A DNA stretch of 64,000 nt from an uncultured Chlamydiales bacterium (lineage in GTDB: Bacteria > Chlamydiota > Chlamydiia > Chlamydiales > JAAKFR01). Both the position numbers and the translations under genes were made by a program. Positions within the stretch are counted from its first letter, which is position 1, and each line of letters opens with the position of its first letter. The notes under the pieces are model-generated. The model saw nothing but the letters and a program-made list of their open reading frames with translations, made no database searches and was not told where the DNA came from. Below, piece by piece: positions 32,255 through 41,932 of this stretch. The stretch spans positions 1,963,757 through 2,027,756 of the forward strand of contig OY969414.1 in NCBI GenBank assembly GCA_963699155.1, read 5' to 3'.

Positions 32255-34891
32255 TTACAACCAATAACGAAACTTGGAGATGAACCAGACCTTCGCGAAC
32301 TGGGTCAGTGTGCAGTACGCGAGGAGGATAGCGATGAGCCAGCCAAAATAGCTGGCTGGCATGGGGATGAGTCCGATGCTTTTGCCGATGGAGATAAAGG
32401 GGATGATGATTCCGATCGCCATGATGAGGCAGGTTGTTGTGAGGAGGGCTGCTGAGGGACGGCTTTCAATAAAGGGAATCTTTTCTGTGCGGATCATATG
32501 AACGATGAGCGTTTGCGATAGAAGGCCTTCGATAAACCATCCCGTTTGAAAGAAGGCCTGCTTCTCGATGGTTGTCGCTCCGAAAACAAACCAGAGAACG
32601 GCAAAAGTGACATAGTCAAAAATGGAGCTGATGGGGCCGATGATGACCATGAAATGTGCAATACCGCGAGGGTCCCATTTGCGCGGCTTTGTCAAAAAGC
32701 TCTGATCGACATGGTCGAAAGGGATCGCCGTTTGGGAAATGTCGTAGAGGAGGTTCTGGAGCAAGATTTGCACCGGAAGCATCGGTAAAAAGGGAAATAT
32801 GACGCTGGCTCCGATCATGGTGAAGACATTTCCAAAATTGGAGCTCAAGGCCATCTTGATATATTTGATGATGTTGCCAAAGGTGCGGCGCCCCTCTGCC
32901 ACACCTTCAGCTAAAAAATTGAGGCTTTTTTGGAGCATGATAATCGAAGAAGACTCTTTGGCGATATCGACTCCCGTATCGACCGATATTCCTATGTCCG
33001 CTTCGAGAAGCGCAGGCGCATCATTGATTCCATCTCCTAAGTAGCCCACAGTGTGGCCCTGACTTTTCAACGCCCTAATGATGCGCCGCTTTTGCAGAGG
33101 GGTGAGTTTGGCAAAGATGGTTGTCTTTTCCGCCACTTTCCGAAGCTCTTCCTCACTCATGGACTCAACTTGGTCTCCAAGGACAAATCCATGATTTTGC
33201 AGATTGACCCACTCACAGATTTTACGCGTGACCCTTTCGTTATCCCCCGTTAAGAGTTTAACGGTAACTCCAAAATCATTTAACTGTCGGATCGCCTCTT
33301 TAGCAGAAAGCTTAGGCGGGTCTAGGAAAGCGAGAAAGCCGGCAAAGACAAGATTCTGCTCATCTCTGATCCGGTACTCTTCTCTTTGTGCATCCACCTC
33401 TTTGTAACCGACGGCAATCACCCTAAGTCCATCTTCACTGATATTCCTGTCTATCGCAAAGATCTCTTGACGCCTCTCTTCCGTAAGCTCCTCTTCACTC
33501 TCTCCTATTTTTACTCGATTGCAGACGGCGACAACCTCCTCCACAGCTCCTTTTGAGATGATGAGATGATGCTCAGGCTTCATTTGAACGATCACAGACA
33601 TCCGTCGCCGCGTAAAATCAAAAGGAAGCTCATCGATCTTTTTCACACCACTCTTCATAAGAGGAAGGGCTTCGACCTCTTTGTGCTGAAGTACCGCTAA
33701 GTCCAACAGATTTTTTAAACCAGTCTGATAAAAGCTATTCAGATAGCCATAGAGAAGGACCTCCTCGCTCTCTTTACCCACAGCATCCAAATACATTTCT
33801 AAAATAATCCGATTCTCTGTCAGCGTCCCGGTTTTGTCAGTACATAATATATTCATCGCACCAAAGTTTTGGATCGCGTTGAGCCTTTTGACGATCACTT
33901 GGCTCTTGGCCATCTGCACAGCCCCTTTGGCAAGGTTGGCCGTCACGATCATCGGCAACATCTCTGGAGTCAAACCGACGCCGACAGATAAGGCAAAGAG
34001 GAGCGCCTCAAACCAATCTCCCTTCGTCAATCCGTTGATGACAAAAATGCAGGGTACCATGAAGACGACAAAACGGATCAAGAGCCAGGTCACCCGATTG
34101 ATGCCGATATCGAAACTGGTTAAAGTACGTTTACCGATAATGGTGGAGGACATCTCACCAAAATAGGTGTGCCTCCCTGTAGCTACGACGATAGCTTGAG
34201 CGGTGCCATTCACGATATCTGTCCCCATAAAGCAGAGATTGGGCATGTTGAGCGGATTGGACTCATTTTCAGGGATGGGGATCGACTCGTCCTTGGTGAC
34301 TGGAAACGATTCACCTGTTAAGGCGGACTGATTGATCGCGAGCTCCTTGGCATTGATAAGCCGGATGTCTGCGGGAATCCGATCTCCGGCCGAAAGGTTG
34401 ACAATATCGCCTGGAACCAGATTTTTGATTGGAATATCGTAGCTGTTTGGTTCTGACTCCTCATCTTTTCGTCGGAGAACAGTCGTCTGGATACTGACTA
34501 GCTCCTTGAGCTTTTCGGCTGCCTGGTTAGAGCGGTATTCTTGGAGGAAACGCATGATGACGCTAACCACCACCATGAAGGCGATGATGATCGCTGAGTC
34601 GTATTGCTTGAGAAAAAGAGAGATAATTCCTAAGACAAGCACTAAAACAACGAAGGGATTGCGGAAATTGCTGAAAAGCAACGAGAGCGCGCTCTGGGGC
34701 TTTTCATGGGCCACTTCATTGGTCCCATACTCTTCCTGCCTCTTTTCCCCCTCTGCTTCTGTTAAACCCTTCTTGGAGCTTTCCCATTTTTTAAAGAGTT
34801 CAGCCAGAGGCATTTTGGCCTCTTCAAGCAGCGTCTTTGACATCTGCCATTTTTCTTTGGAATCGCTGGAGGGGCGTGAAAAGAGCTTCAT
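32255..34891 (-). CDS. mgtA: Mg2+-importing P-type ATPase
   Basis: TGES, LTPEMLP, DKTGTLT, GDGIND, SSNFGN. Confidence 0.94.
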   Translation of the reverse strand: MKLFSRPSSDSKEKWQMSKTLLEEAKMPLAELFKKWESSKKGLTEAEGEKRQEEYGTNEVAHEKPQSALSLLFSNFRNPFVVLVLVLGIISLFLKQYDSAIIIAFMVVVSVIMRFLQEYRSNQAAEKLKELVSIQTTVLRRKDEESEPNSYDIPIKNLVPGDIVNLSAGDRIPADIRLINAKELAINQSALTGESFPVTKDESIPIPENESNPLNMPNLCFMGTDIVNGTAQAIVVATGRHTYFGEMSSTIIGKRTLTSFDIGINRVTWLLIRFVVFMVPCIFVINGLTKGDWFEALLFALSVGVGLTPEMLPMIVTANLAKGAVQMAKSQVIVKRLNAIQNFGAMNILCTDKTGTLTENRIILEMYLDAVGKESEEVLLYGYLNSFYQTGLKNLLDLAVLQHKEVEALPLMKSGVKKIDELPFDFTRRRMSVIVQMKPEHHLIISKGAVEEVVAVCNRVKIGESEEELTEERRQEIFAIDRNISEDGLRVIAVGYKEVDAQREEYRIRDEQNLVFAGFLAFLDPPKLSAKEAIRQLNDFGVTVKLLTGDNERVTRKICEWVNLQNHGFVLGDQVESMSEEELRKVAEKTTIFAKLTPLQKRRIIRALKSQGHTVGYLGDGINDAPALLEADIGISVDTGVDIAKESSSIIMLQKSLNFLAEGVAEGRRTFGNIIKYIKMALSSNFGNVFTMIGASVIFPFLPMLPVQILLQNLLYDISQTAIPFDHVDQSFLTKPRKWDPRGIAHFMVIIGPISSIFDYVTFAVLWFVFGATTIEKQAFFQTGWFIEGLLSQTLIVHMIRTEKIPFIESRPSAALLTTTCLIMAIGIIIPFISIGKSIGLIPMPASYFGWLIAILLAYCTLTQFAKVWFISKFRYWL

Positions 34892-34923
34892 AGCGATGAA
34901 GAAGCAATTTCTACACCATCAAT

Positions 34924-36165
34924 CTAATGATTGACTGCAGATCTTAGCCCGCGATCTCTGAATCCCCAATGCATCAGGAAATAAGAGATGAGCACAGCGA
35001 TCAGGCCTATCAGAGCAGGAAGGTAAGAGCCGAGAGCGACAAGGTGGCCGCCGAAGAGAGGTGTGACAATGAAGACCATCGATTCGAGAGACTGAAGCAT
35101 CCCTAGAACCTCCTCCTGGTTCTCTTTCGGTACGATTGCAGAAATCGCAGTCACAGCCTGCGAAAAGAGAAGGGCCAAAAAGTACTGCTGCAGAGGAATC
35201 AGCAGCCAAATGATGATCACATTGACCTTCCAGATGAATGGAACTAGAGAAAAGCCAATGGCTAAGAGAGAGAAGGAGACTACATTAGTAGCCGAAAACT
35301 TATTGAGAATGGGACGGATGAGAAGCCCTGAGCTGATGGCAAAACAAACAGCTGCATAGATATAGAAATAACCGATCTCCCTCTCGCCTAAGCTGTAGCC
35401 TCCCACCAAGGTGACGGAGATGAATTCAAAATAGAAGGACCAGCCCACTGAAAAGATAAAGAGACTTAAGAAGCAGACCCGGATCAAGGGGTTCTTCAGG
35501 ATTGTTTTTAAACTTTTCTTCAGGGAAATCCCAGCTAACAAGTGCTTAGCAGGCCCAAAACCCTTTACTGTGAGATTCTTCCTAAAAATAAAGATAAAGA
35601 TGACAAAGCTGAGGACACTGATGAGCCCTGCTACTATGAAGGGGATTGTCATCTCACCCATGTTGGTGCCAAACCCGCCCCAGAGTGGCCAAATCGCAAA
35701 ACTCAGCGAGTTCAACAGGCTGGCAAAGTTCAGATTGATCGGCCTGTCGGAAGGGTGTCTCAAATCGGCGAGGGCGCTATTGATAATCCCTGAGTTCGAG
35801 CTTCCCACGCCCACGATGATCTGGCCCAGGAGGATCATCCAGAGGTTTCTCTGCAATAGGCCACAGGTCGATAGGGAATAGCCTGAAGCGGTAATGCCAA
35901 AGGTGACCCTCAGGAAGGGCGACCTTTCTACTTTTTCAGGAGCCATCCCTACAAAAATGGCACAGAGAAACTGCATGAGAGGGCACGCAGCCAGCAGTGC
36001 TGCCATCCAGAGCCATCTGAACATAGAGGAGCTATGGGCATCTAAGAAATAAAAATCGCCCTGGAAACCGATGGACGAGTAGATAGGGTAGATAAAGCCA
36101 ATGCTGAGCCAATCCACGAAGGCCAGAAGTAGGAGAAAAAGTAATGAGAGCTTTGCTATCCCCAT
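34924..36165 (-). CDS. MFS transporter (TetA-like)
   Basis: About 12 TMs, 413 aa, degenerate motif A. Confidence 0.8.
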   Translation of the reverse strand: MGIAKLSLLFLLLLAFVDWLSIGFIYPIYSSIGFQGDFYFLDAHSSSMFRWLWMAALLAACPLMQFLCAIFVGMAPEKVERSPFLRVTFGITASGYSLSTCGLLQRNLWMILLGQIIVGVGSSNSGIINSALADLRHPSDRPINLNFASLLNSLSFAIWPLWGGFGTNMGEMTIPFIVAGLISVLSFVIFIFIFRKNLTVKGFGPAKHLLAGISLKKSLKTILKNPLIRVCFLSLFIFSVGWSFYFEFISVTLVGGYSLGEREIGYFYIYAAVCFAISSGLLIRPILNKFSATNVVSFSLLAIGFSLVPFIWKVNVIIIWLLIPLQQYFLALLFSQAVTAISAIVPKENQEEVLGMLQSLESMVFIVTPLFGGHLVALGSYLPALIGLIAVLISYFLMHWGFRDRGLRSAVNH

Positions 36166-37384
36166 TCACCAACTCTGAAAGTGAAAAAGTATAGATAATA
36201 TGAAGGATTATGCAAGGCCTTTTTCCATTTTTCTGAAAATAGACCTTTTGCACCCCTCCCACAGAGGAGAAAGCGGCACTTTTATCAAAAATATAGCAAA
36301 AAAGCAGGCCGGGAGAATTGGGTAGACCTGGACCCCGCTTAGAATAACCAGTTACGGTCATTTTATCTAAATCGACGGTTTCTATTATTGCAGCATAACT
36401 AGCTAGATCATTATCTGCCCAGTCCTGCTGGGCAATCAGCCAGGGTGTTTTGCCTCCTTTATAGCTATTAGGCCTTTCTAAATTGAAAAAGAGTCGGTAG
36501 CTCTCAGCTTTTCGGATAAAATCTTCCCTAGATTCAAATTTAGCAATATCAAAAAACTCTGTCTCAATAAGGTTGTGGAGACTTTCCACATCGCCATTTG
36601 CATTGCACAGCTTCGGAGGAATGAAGAGATGCTCTCCGCCATGGGCCTGCACAGCTTGGCAAAAGGGAGATTTCTCAAAATGTCTTGTTGTTCCTCCAAA
36701 TTCCACACCATTATCTGTTTGCACAATGATCTTTTTATCGGGCATTTGTGAGCGTAAGCGTCTTAACACATAATCGATCATCGTTCTCGCATTAAGTTCT
36801 GAAAGCTCATCCGAAAAGCCTAGAAAGAGCATACCTGATTTGGTATCTCTCACAGTGTATTGAAAACGTGGAAGCTTTAAAGGGTTAAGTTGTCCCCAGT
36901 AGTTAGGAATATCCCTTAAATACTTTAAATCCATTTGCATATGACCAAAAGCCTGATACTTTGCTTTAGCCTCTCTCAAATCGTTCTTCTTTTGATATTT
37001 TTTGCGTCTCTTGACAGTGAGACCGTTTTGTTTAAGCACCCTGTAGATAGCATCTAATGAGCACTCTATATTGAAAAAATACTTCAATCTTCTGGGGCCA
37101 TAACAAGGCACTTCGTGGCGGGCTTGGATAATTTTCTTCTCTAGCTCTGGGGAAATCTTGTGGGGAATATGGTTAGGGCCTTTTCTTTTGTCATAAAGAC
37201 CTTTATTCCCTTCCGCTTCAAAGTTTCTCAACCAACGTCGGATGGTATTTCTACCTAAGCCCCACCTTCTCATCGCAGGCTTAATTCCTTCTGCTTGAGC
37301 ACTTTTAACAACCTGCTTCTTAAATTGAAAAAGATATTCTTGCGGTGTTCCTTTCATCATCATACTATATGTGCTGAGCCCCAT
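36032..37384 (-). CDS. DDE (rve) transposase reading through the IS end
   Basis: N-terminal HTH; MQMDLK, QTDNGVEF, NGDVES catalytic triad; no stop codon within the element. Confidence 0.9.
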   Translation of the reverse strand: MGLSTYSMMMKGTPQEYLFQFKKQVVKSAQAEGIKPAMRRWGLGRNTIRRWLRNFEAEGNKGLYDKRKGPNHIPHKISPELEKKIIQARHEVPCYGPRRLKYFFNIECSLDAIYRVLKQNGLTVKRRKKYQKKNDLREAKAKYQAFGHMQMDLKYLRDIPNYWGQLNPLKLPRFQYTVRDTKSGMLFLGFSDELSELNARTMIDYVLRRLRSQMPDKKIIVQTDNGVEFGGTTRHFEKSPFCQAVQAHGGEHLFIPPKLCNANGDVESLHNLIETEFFDIAKFESREDFIRKAESYRLFFNLERPNSYKGGKTPWLIAQQDWADNDLASYAAIIETVDLDKMTVTGYSKRGPGLPNSPGLLFCYIFDKSAAFSSVGGVQKVYFQKNGKRPCIILHIIYTFSLSELVNGDSKALITFSPTSGLRGLAQHWLYLPYLLVHRFPGRFLFLRCP

Positions 37385-37567
37385 ATGACCTCTCTTAAGT
37401 TTACAAGATAAGACAGCTTATGCGGGCTCAATTTTTCAATAAAGTCTTATAATCCCGTTATTCTCTTAATCCCGAAAATTTTTTCCTTTAGCCTTTCAAA
37501 AGAGACGGTTCCCATGCAACTTAAGTGTTCTAATTTTGAGGGGTCCAGCTTTTCCCAGGTGTTACCA
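36310..37567 (-). mobile_element. Insertion sequence copy 1 (IS481/IS1202-like), 1258 bp
   Basis: Matches 40621-41878 (one difference seen); flanked by the 15-bp direct repeat AGCAAAAAAGCAGGC (36295-36309/37568-37582); imperfect IRs sharing TGGG.A.A.CTGGACCCC. Confidence 0.92.
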
Positions 37568-37621
37568 AGCAAAAAAGCAGGCCTTAATTATTTTTTAATA
37601 AAAAGCACTTATAATAGATGT

Positions 37622-37933
37622 ATGAATCCAATTAGTTTAGCACAAGCTTATACAGAAGGACGCCTTACTCCAGAGGGAGAAAAAACCCGAAACCGCTTGA
37701 TTGTGGCCTCAGTCATCAGCGCACTTTTTGCAGCTGCATCGATAGCCCTGCTCACTTATTTCGCAGTTTGTAAATCTTCTTTTGCCGGTTTTGGAGCTCT
37801 CGGAGGGACGTTCAGTCTAGGTCTACTTGGAGTCTGTATCTACACAATTCATGGTCCCCTAAGACCGCATGAGGCATCCGAGATGGTTAACTCTTCTCCA
37901 CCCAACGAACAGTTATTATTGAATGCCGCCTGA
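37622..37933 (+). CDS. Small Inc-like membrane protein
   Basis: Bilobed hydrophobic segment; the ORF-track start at 37514 lies inside the IS, so the ATG at 37622 is preferred. Confidence 0.65.
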   Translation: MNPISLAQAYTEGRLTPEGEKTRNRLIVASVISALFAAASIALLTYFAVCKSSFAGFGALGGTFSLGLLGVCIYTIHGPLRPHEASEMVNSSPPNEQLLLNAA

Positions 37934-37946
37934 GCGAGGGCATCTT

Positions 37947-38984
37947 CTAGAAATTACGTCCAATGATAAATAAGAGAGCGAGATTGGTTTTGGGTTGATG
38001 ACCATTGAGCTGTTGTACGAGAGGGATTCCGATACCTCCTTGTAAAATCCATTTCTTTGTGGAGTACCAAAGTGAAGGGGTCATCAAAAGCACATTGCCG
38101 CCCGAATTTCGATCGATGAGACCGTTAATCCGATTTTTCTTAGTATATGTGCCATCAATTTCCACCATCCATGCAAAAATCATCCGATCTTTGCGCGCAC
38201 AGATCACTTTTTCGAAGCCCCATTGGTAGAGAAATTGGTCTCCAAATTTTGATCGATGATTTTCCGTAGAAAAGAGCTCTCCTGTAGAAAAGAAAGCATA
38301 CCACCATCGATCGGTATGGCTGAAGGTTCCGCCAAGGAAAAATGAGGGAGCTCCAAAACCGGTGGGAGGCTCCTTATCAGGATCGCCTGAGGGATAGAGA
38401 ATAGTAGCGACAACGGTGGCTTGATTGGAGTAACACTTTGTCGTGTAGGTATAGTAAGCATATTCGAATTGCAGAACGATGTCCCCTAGTCCCGCAGAAG
38501 TCTGGTCATCTATGTGATTCTCAAGAATAAACGGAAGCTGGAGATAGATATCGACCTGGTCTGTAACCCCATATAAAATGGAGGGAAGCAACGTCGAAGT
38601 GAGTAGGCGATTCCCCCAAAATAGATTACCTACGAGATAATATTGGAGTACATCTGTGCCTGCGACCAACTGTCCAAAACCGATAAGAGGAGCGATTTGT
38701 TGTGAGGTGGGAAGAGAAAAATTTCCAATAGTAAGGGGCGTTGGCCCATGTTTGGACTCGGTTGTTGTCTCTTCTGCAGGCTTCTCCTCCTCTTTTTTAG
38801 TTTCCTCCTTTTCATCTTTTTTCTCTGTTTGGGTAGAGCTCTCCTTTTCAGTTTTTTCCTCAGCTTTGGCTGGCTCTGTCGATTTGGTCTCCTCTTCGCT
38901 ATCTTTTCCACTCAGCGAAAATGGCAGGAAGAGAAATAGGCCGATGAGAACTAATAGTGATTTGACTCTAAGCATAGTATTCAC
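37947..38984 (-). CDS. Exported outer-membrane beta-barrel-like protein
   Basis: Signal peptide, E/K-rich linker, GLGDI and PSG motifs, terminal Phe. Confidence 0.7.
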   Translation of the reverse strand: MNTMLRVKSLLVLIGLFLFLPFSLSGKDSEEETKSTEPAKAEEKTEKESSTQTEKKDEKEETKKEEEKPAEETTTESKHGPTPLTIGNFSLPTSQQIAPLIGFGQLVAGTDVLQYYLVGNLFWGNRLLTSTLLPSILYGVTDQVDIYLQLPFILENHIDDQTSAGLGDIVLQFEYAYYTYTTKCYSNQATVVATILYPSGDPDKEPPTGFGAPSFFLGGTFSHTDRWWYAFFSTGELFSTENHRSKFGDQFLYQWGFEKVICARKDRMIFAWMVEIDGTYTKKNRINGLIDRNSGGNVLLMTPSLWYSTKKWILQGGIGIPLVQQLNGHQPKTNLALLFIIGRNF

Positions 38985-39009
38985 ATAGTTTTACTTGATC
39001 CAAAGGATA

Positions 39010-39813
39010 TTAATAAAGGATTTTTGGGTGGAGTTTTGTTGCGAGGAGCAGCAGACCAACGTAGAGAACGATGCCAAAAGCAAAATCTGTCACAAGACCA
39101 AAATGAGAGCTCTCTCCTATGATCATCAATGTGCGTAGTGCATCGACCTGGTAGGTGAGGGGGTTGATGATGGAAAGCACTTTGATCCACTGAGGCATCT
39201 TCTGGATAGGATAAAGGGCATTGCTCGCGAAAAAAAGAGGCATAATGACCATCTGTCCTATTCCCATAAAGCGCTCCCTTTTTTTAACGATCGAGGCAAT
39301 AATCAGCGAAAGGGTTGAAAAAATAGCACCGAAAAGCAGTGAGATGAGGATGACACCGATTATAGAGCCGACAGCGAGCTTGAGGTCAACCCGAAGGATG
39401 AGAGAGAGAATGTAGACGATGAGGACTTGGCTCAAGCCTCTTATTCCTGCCGCTGTCGATCGCCCGATAATGATCAATATCCGAGGTGTGGGTGTGACCA
39501 AGGTTTTGTGTAAACTGCCAGCATCCCGTTCCCAAATGAGTGCAATCCCATAAAAAATAGCGACGAGCAGAATGCTTTGGGCCAAAATTCCTGGCACCAT
39601 GAAGTCAAGATAAGAAGGCTCTCCCAGACCCGGTGTCAACATTTTTGCCATTGCTTGGCCAAAGATCAGAATCCAGATAAGGGGCTGGAACATGCGTATG
39701 AAGAGCTGACTCGGATCATGTTTCAATTTGCACATGTCAGCTCCGACGATGGCAAAAATCTGGTTGATCCCTCTAATCAAGCTGTGAATATGTCCTGCGA
39801 GTCTCTTTTGCAA
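39010..39813 (-). CDS. ABC-2 type exporter permease
   Basis: QPLIW, YLDFMVPGI, INPLTYQVDALR. Confidence 0.92.
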   Translation of the reverse strand: MQKRLAGHIHSLIRGINQIFAIVGADMCKLKHDPSQLFIRMFQPLIWILIFGQAMAKMLTPGLGEPSYLDFMVPGILAQSILLVAIFYGIALIWERDAGSLHKTLVTPTPRILIIIGRSTAAGIRGLSQVLIVYILSLILRVDLKLAVGSIIGVILISLLFGAIFSTLSLIIASIVKKRERFMGIGQMVIMPLFFASNALYPIQKMPQWIKVLSIINPLTYQVDALRTLMIIGESSHFGLVTDFAFGIVLYVGLLLLATKLHPKILY

Positions 39814-40567
39814 GCTGAAATGTCCCTCCCTCCACTGTTGCCCCTGTCAGTTTGATGAAAACATCATCGAGAGTTCCTCCAGGCCCAACCATCGCTTTGA
39901 GTCGCTCAGGTGTGTCGATGGCCACAAGATGTCCTAAATGCATAAAGCCGATGTGATCGCATAATCTGTCAGCTTCATCCATATCATGCGTGGTCAGCAG
40001 AAAAGTGGTGCCAAAATGAGAACGCCACTCCTGAATGCTCTGCCAAAGCGATTTCCGAGCCGAAGGATCTAAACCCACTGTCGGTTCATCAAGAAAAAGG
40101 AGGGCGGGTTCGTGGAGAACCGCTTGAGCAATTTCGAGACGACGAATCATCCCTCCGGAATACTCACTGACAAGCTTGTCAGCCGCCTCCGATAGACCCA
40201 TAAACAGAAGAACACTCTCGATACGCTCTTTCAACGCCTTTCGTGACAGTCCATATAACTTCCCAGAGAGCACAAGATTCTCATATCCTGTCAGGTCGCC
40301 ATCTGCCGAAAGCGTTTGCGGTACATAACCAATCTGCTCACGTACCTTCGACGGCTCCTTCACGATATCATACCCTCTGATCTTTGCCGTCCCTGATGTG
40401 GGCGGCAGTAGGGTCGTCAACATTTTAATCGTTGTACTTTTTCCTGCCCCATTTGGTCCCAACAAACCAAAAATTTGCCCCTGCTTCACTTCAAAGGAAA
40501 TCTGATCGACAGCCATAACTGATCGATATCGACGGCTCAATTTTTGCACTTCAATCACATTTTCCAT
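39773..40567 (-). CDS. ABC exporter ATP-binding protein (DrrA-like)
   Basis: GPNGAGKST, YSGGM, LFLDEPT. Confidence 0.95.
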   Translation of the reverse strand: MENVIEVQKLSRRYRSVMAVDQISFEVKQGQIFGLLGPNGAGKSTTIKMLTTLLPPTSGTAKIRGYDIVKEPSKVREQIGYVPQTLSADGDLTGYENLVLSGKLYGLSRKALKERIESVLLFMGLSEAADKLVSEYSGGMIRRLEIAQAVLHEPALLFLDEPTVGLDPSARKSLWQSIQEWRSHFGTTFLLTTHDMDEADRLCDHIGFMHLGHLVAIDTPERLKAMVGPGGTLDDVFIKLTGATVEGGTFQLAKETRRTYSQLD

Positions 40568-40606
40568 AGTTTTACAGAGTTACCATTTTCCCCCTTTTTC
40601 GCCTAA

Positions 40607-41695
40607 TCAATCGTCATCAGCGGGAGAATTGGGTAGACCTGGACCCCGCTTAGAATAACCAGTTACGGTCATTTTATCTAAATCGACGGTTTCTATTATT
40701 GCAGCATAACTAGCTAGATCATTATCTGCCCAGTCCTGCTGGGCAATCAGCCAGGGTGTTTTGCCTCCTTTATAGCTATTAGGCCTTTCTAAATTGAAAA
40801 AGAGTCGGTAGCTCTCAGCTTTTCGGATAAAATCTTCCCTAGATTCAAATTTAGCAATATCAAAAAACTCTGTCTCAATAAGGTTGTGGAGACTTTCCAC
40901 ATCGCCATTTGCATTGCACAGCTTCGGAGGAATGAAGAGATGCTCTCCGCCATGGGCCTGCACAGCTTGGCAAAAGGGAGATTTCTCAAAATGTCTTGTT
41001 GTTCCTCCAAATTCCACACCATTATCTGTTTGCACAATGATCTTTTTATCGGGCATTTGTGAGCGTAAGCGTCTTAACACATAATCGATCATCGTTCTCG
41101 CATTAAGTTCTGAAAGCTCATCCGAAAAGCCTAGAAAGAGCATACCTGATTTGGTATCTCTCACAGTGTATTGAAAACGTGGAAGCTTTAAAGGTTTAAG
41201 TTGTCCCCAGTAGTTAGGAATATCCCTTAAATACTTTAAATCCATTTGCATATGACCAAAAGCCTGATACTTTGCTTTAGCCTCTCTCAAATCGTTCTTC
41301 TTTTGATATTTTTTGCGTCTCTTGACAGTGAGACCGTTTTGTTTAAGCACCCTGTAGATAGCATCTAATGAGCACTCTATATTGAAAAAATACTTCAATC
41401 TTCTGGGGCCATAACAAGGCACTTCGTGGCGGGCTTGGATAATTTTCTTCTCTAGCTCTGGGGAAATCTTGTGGGGAATATGGTTAGGGCCTTTTCTTTT
41501 GTCATAAAGACCTTTATTCCCTTCCGCTTCAAAGTTTCTCAACCAACGTCGGATGGTATTTCTACCTAAGCCCCACCTTCTCATCGCAGGCTTAATTCCT
41601 TCTGCTTGAGCACTTTTAACAACCTGCTTCTTAAATTGAAAAAGATATTCTTGCGGTGTTCCTTTCATCATCATACTATATGTGCTGAGCCCCAT
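40607..41695 (-). CDS. DDE transposase (copy 2)
   Basis: Identical to copy 1 except N/K at WGQLxP and the flank-derived C-terminus ADDD. Confidence 0.92.
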   Translation of the reverse strand: MGLSTYSMMMKGTPQEYLFQFKKQVVKSAQAEGIKPAMRRWGLGRNTIRRWLRNFEAEGNKGLYDKRKGPNHIPHKISPELEKKIIQARHEVPCYGPRRLKYFFNIECSLDAIYRVLKQNGLTVKRRKKYQKKNDLREAKAKYQAFGHMQMDLKYLRDIPNYWGQLKPLKLPRFQYTVRDTKSGMLFLGFSDELSELNARTMIDYVLRRLRSQMPDKKIIVQTDNGVEFGGTTRHFEKSPFCQAVQAHGGEHLFIPPKLCNANGDVESLHNLIETEFFDIAKFESREDFIRKAESYRLFFNLERPNSYKGGKTPWLIAQQDWADNDLASYAAIIETVDLDKMTVTGYSKRGPGLPNSPADDD

Positions 41696-41878
41696 ATGAC
41701 CTCTCTTAAGTTTACAAGATAAGACAGCTTATGCGGGCTCAATTTTTCAATAAAGTCTTATAATCCCGTTATTCTCTTAATCCCGAAAATTTTTTCCTTT
41801 AGCCTTTCAAAAGAGACGGTTCCCATGCAACTTAAGTGTTCTAATTTTGAGGGGTCCAGCTTTTCCCAGGTGTTACCA
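40621..41878 (-). mobile_element. Insertion sequence copy 2, 1258 bp
   Basis: Direct repeat (A)TCAATCGTCATCAG at 40606/7-40620 and 41878/9-41892. Confidence 0.92.
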
Positions 41879-41932
41879 TCAATCGTCATCAGATTAATTG
41901 TATCTTAATTATTTTTTGCTAAAATAATTTAC

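Noticed and set aside
37514..37621. Longer start for the 37514-37933 ORF
   Set aside because: It begins inside the IS end; the ATG at 37622 after TATAAT is more plausible.
36310..41878. Composite transposon carrying the ABC exporter
   Set aside because: Each IS copy has its own distinct target duplication and the outer flanks do not match, so these are independent insertions. A future composite or deletion event remains possible.
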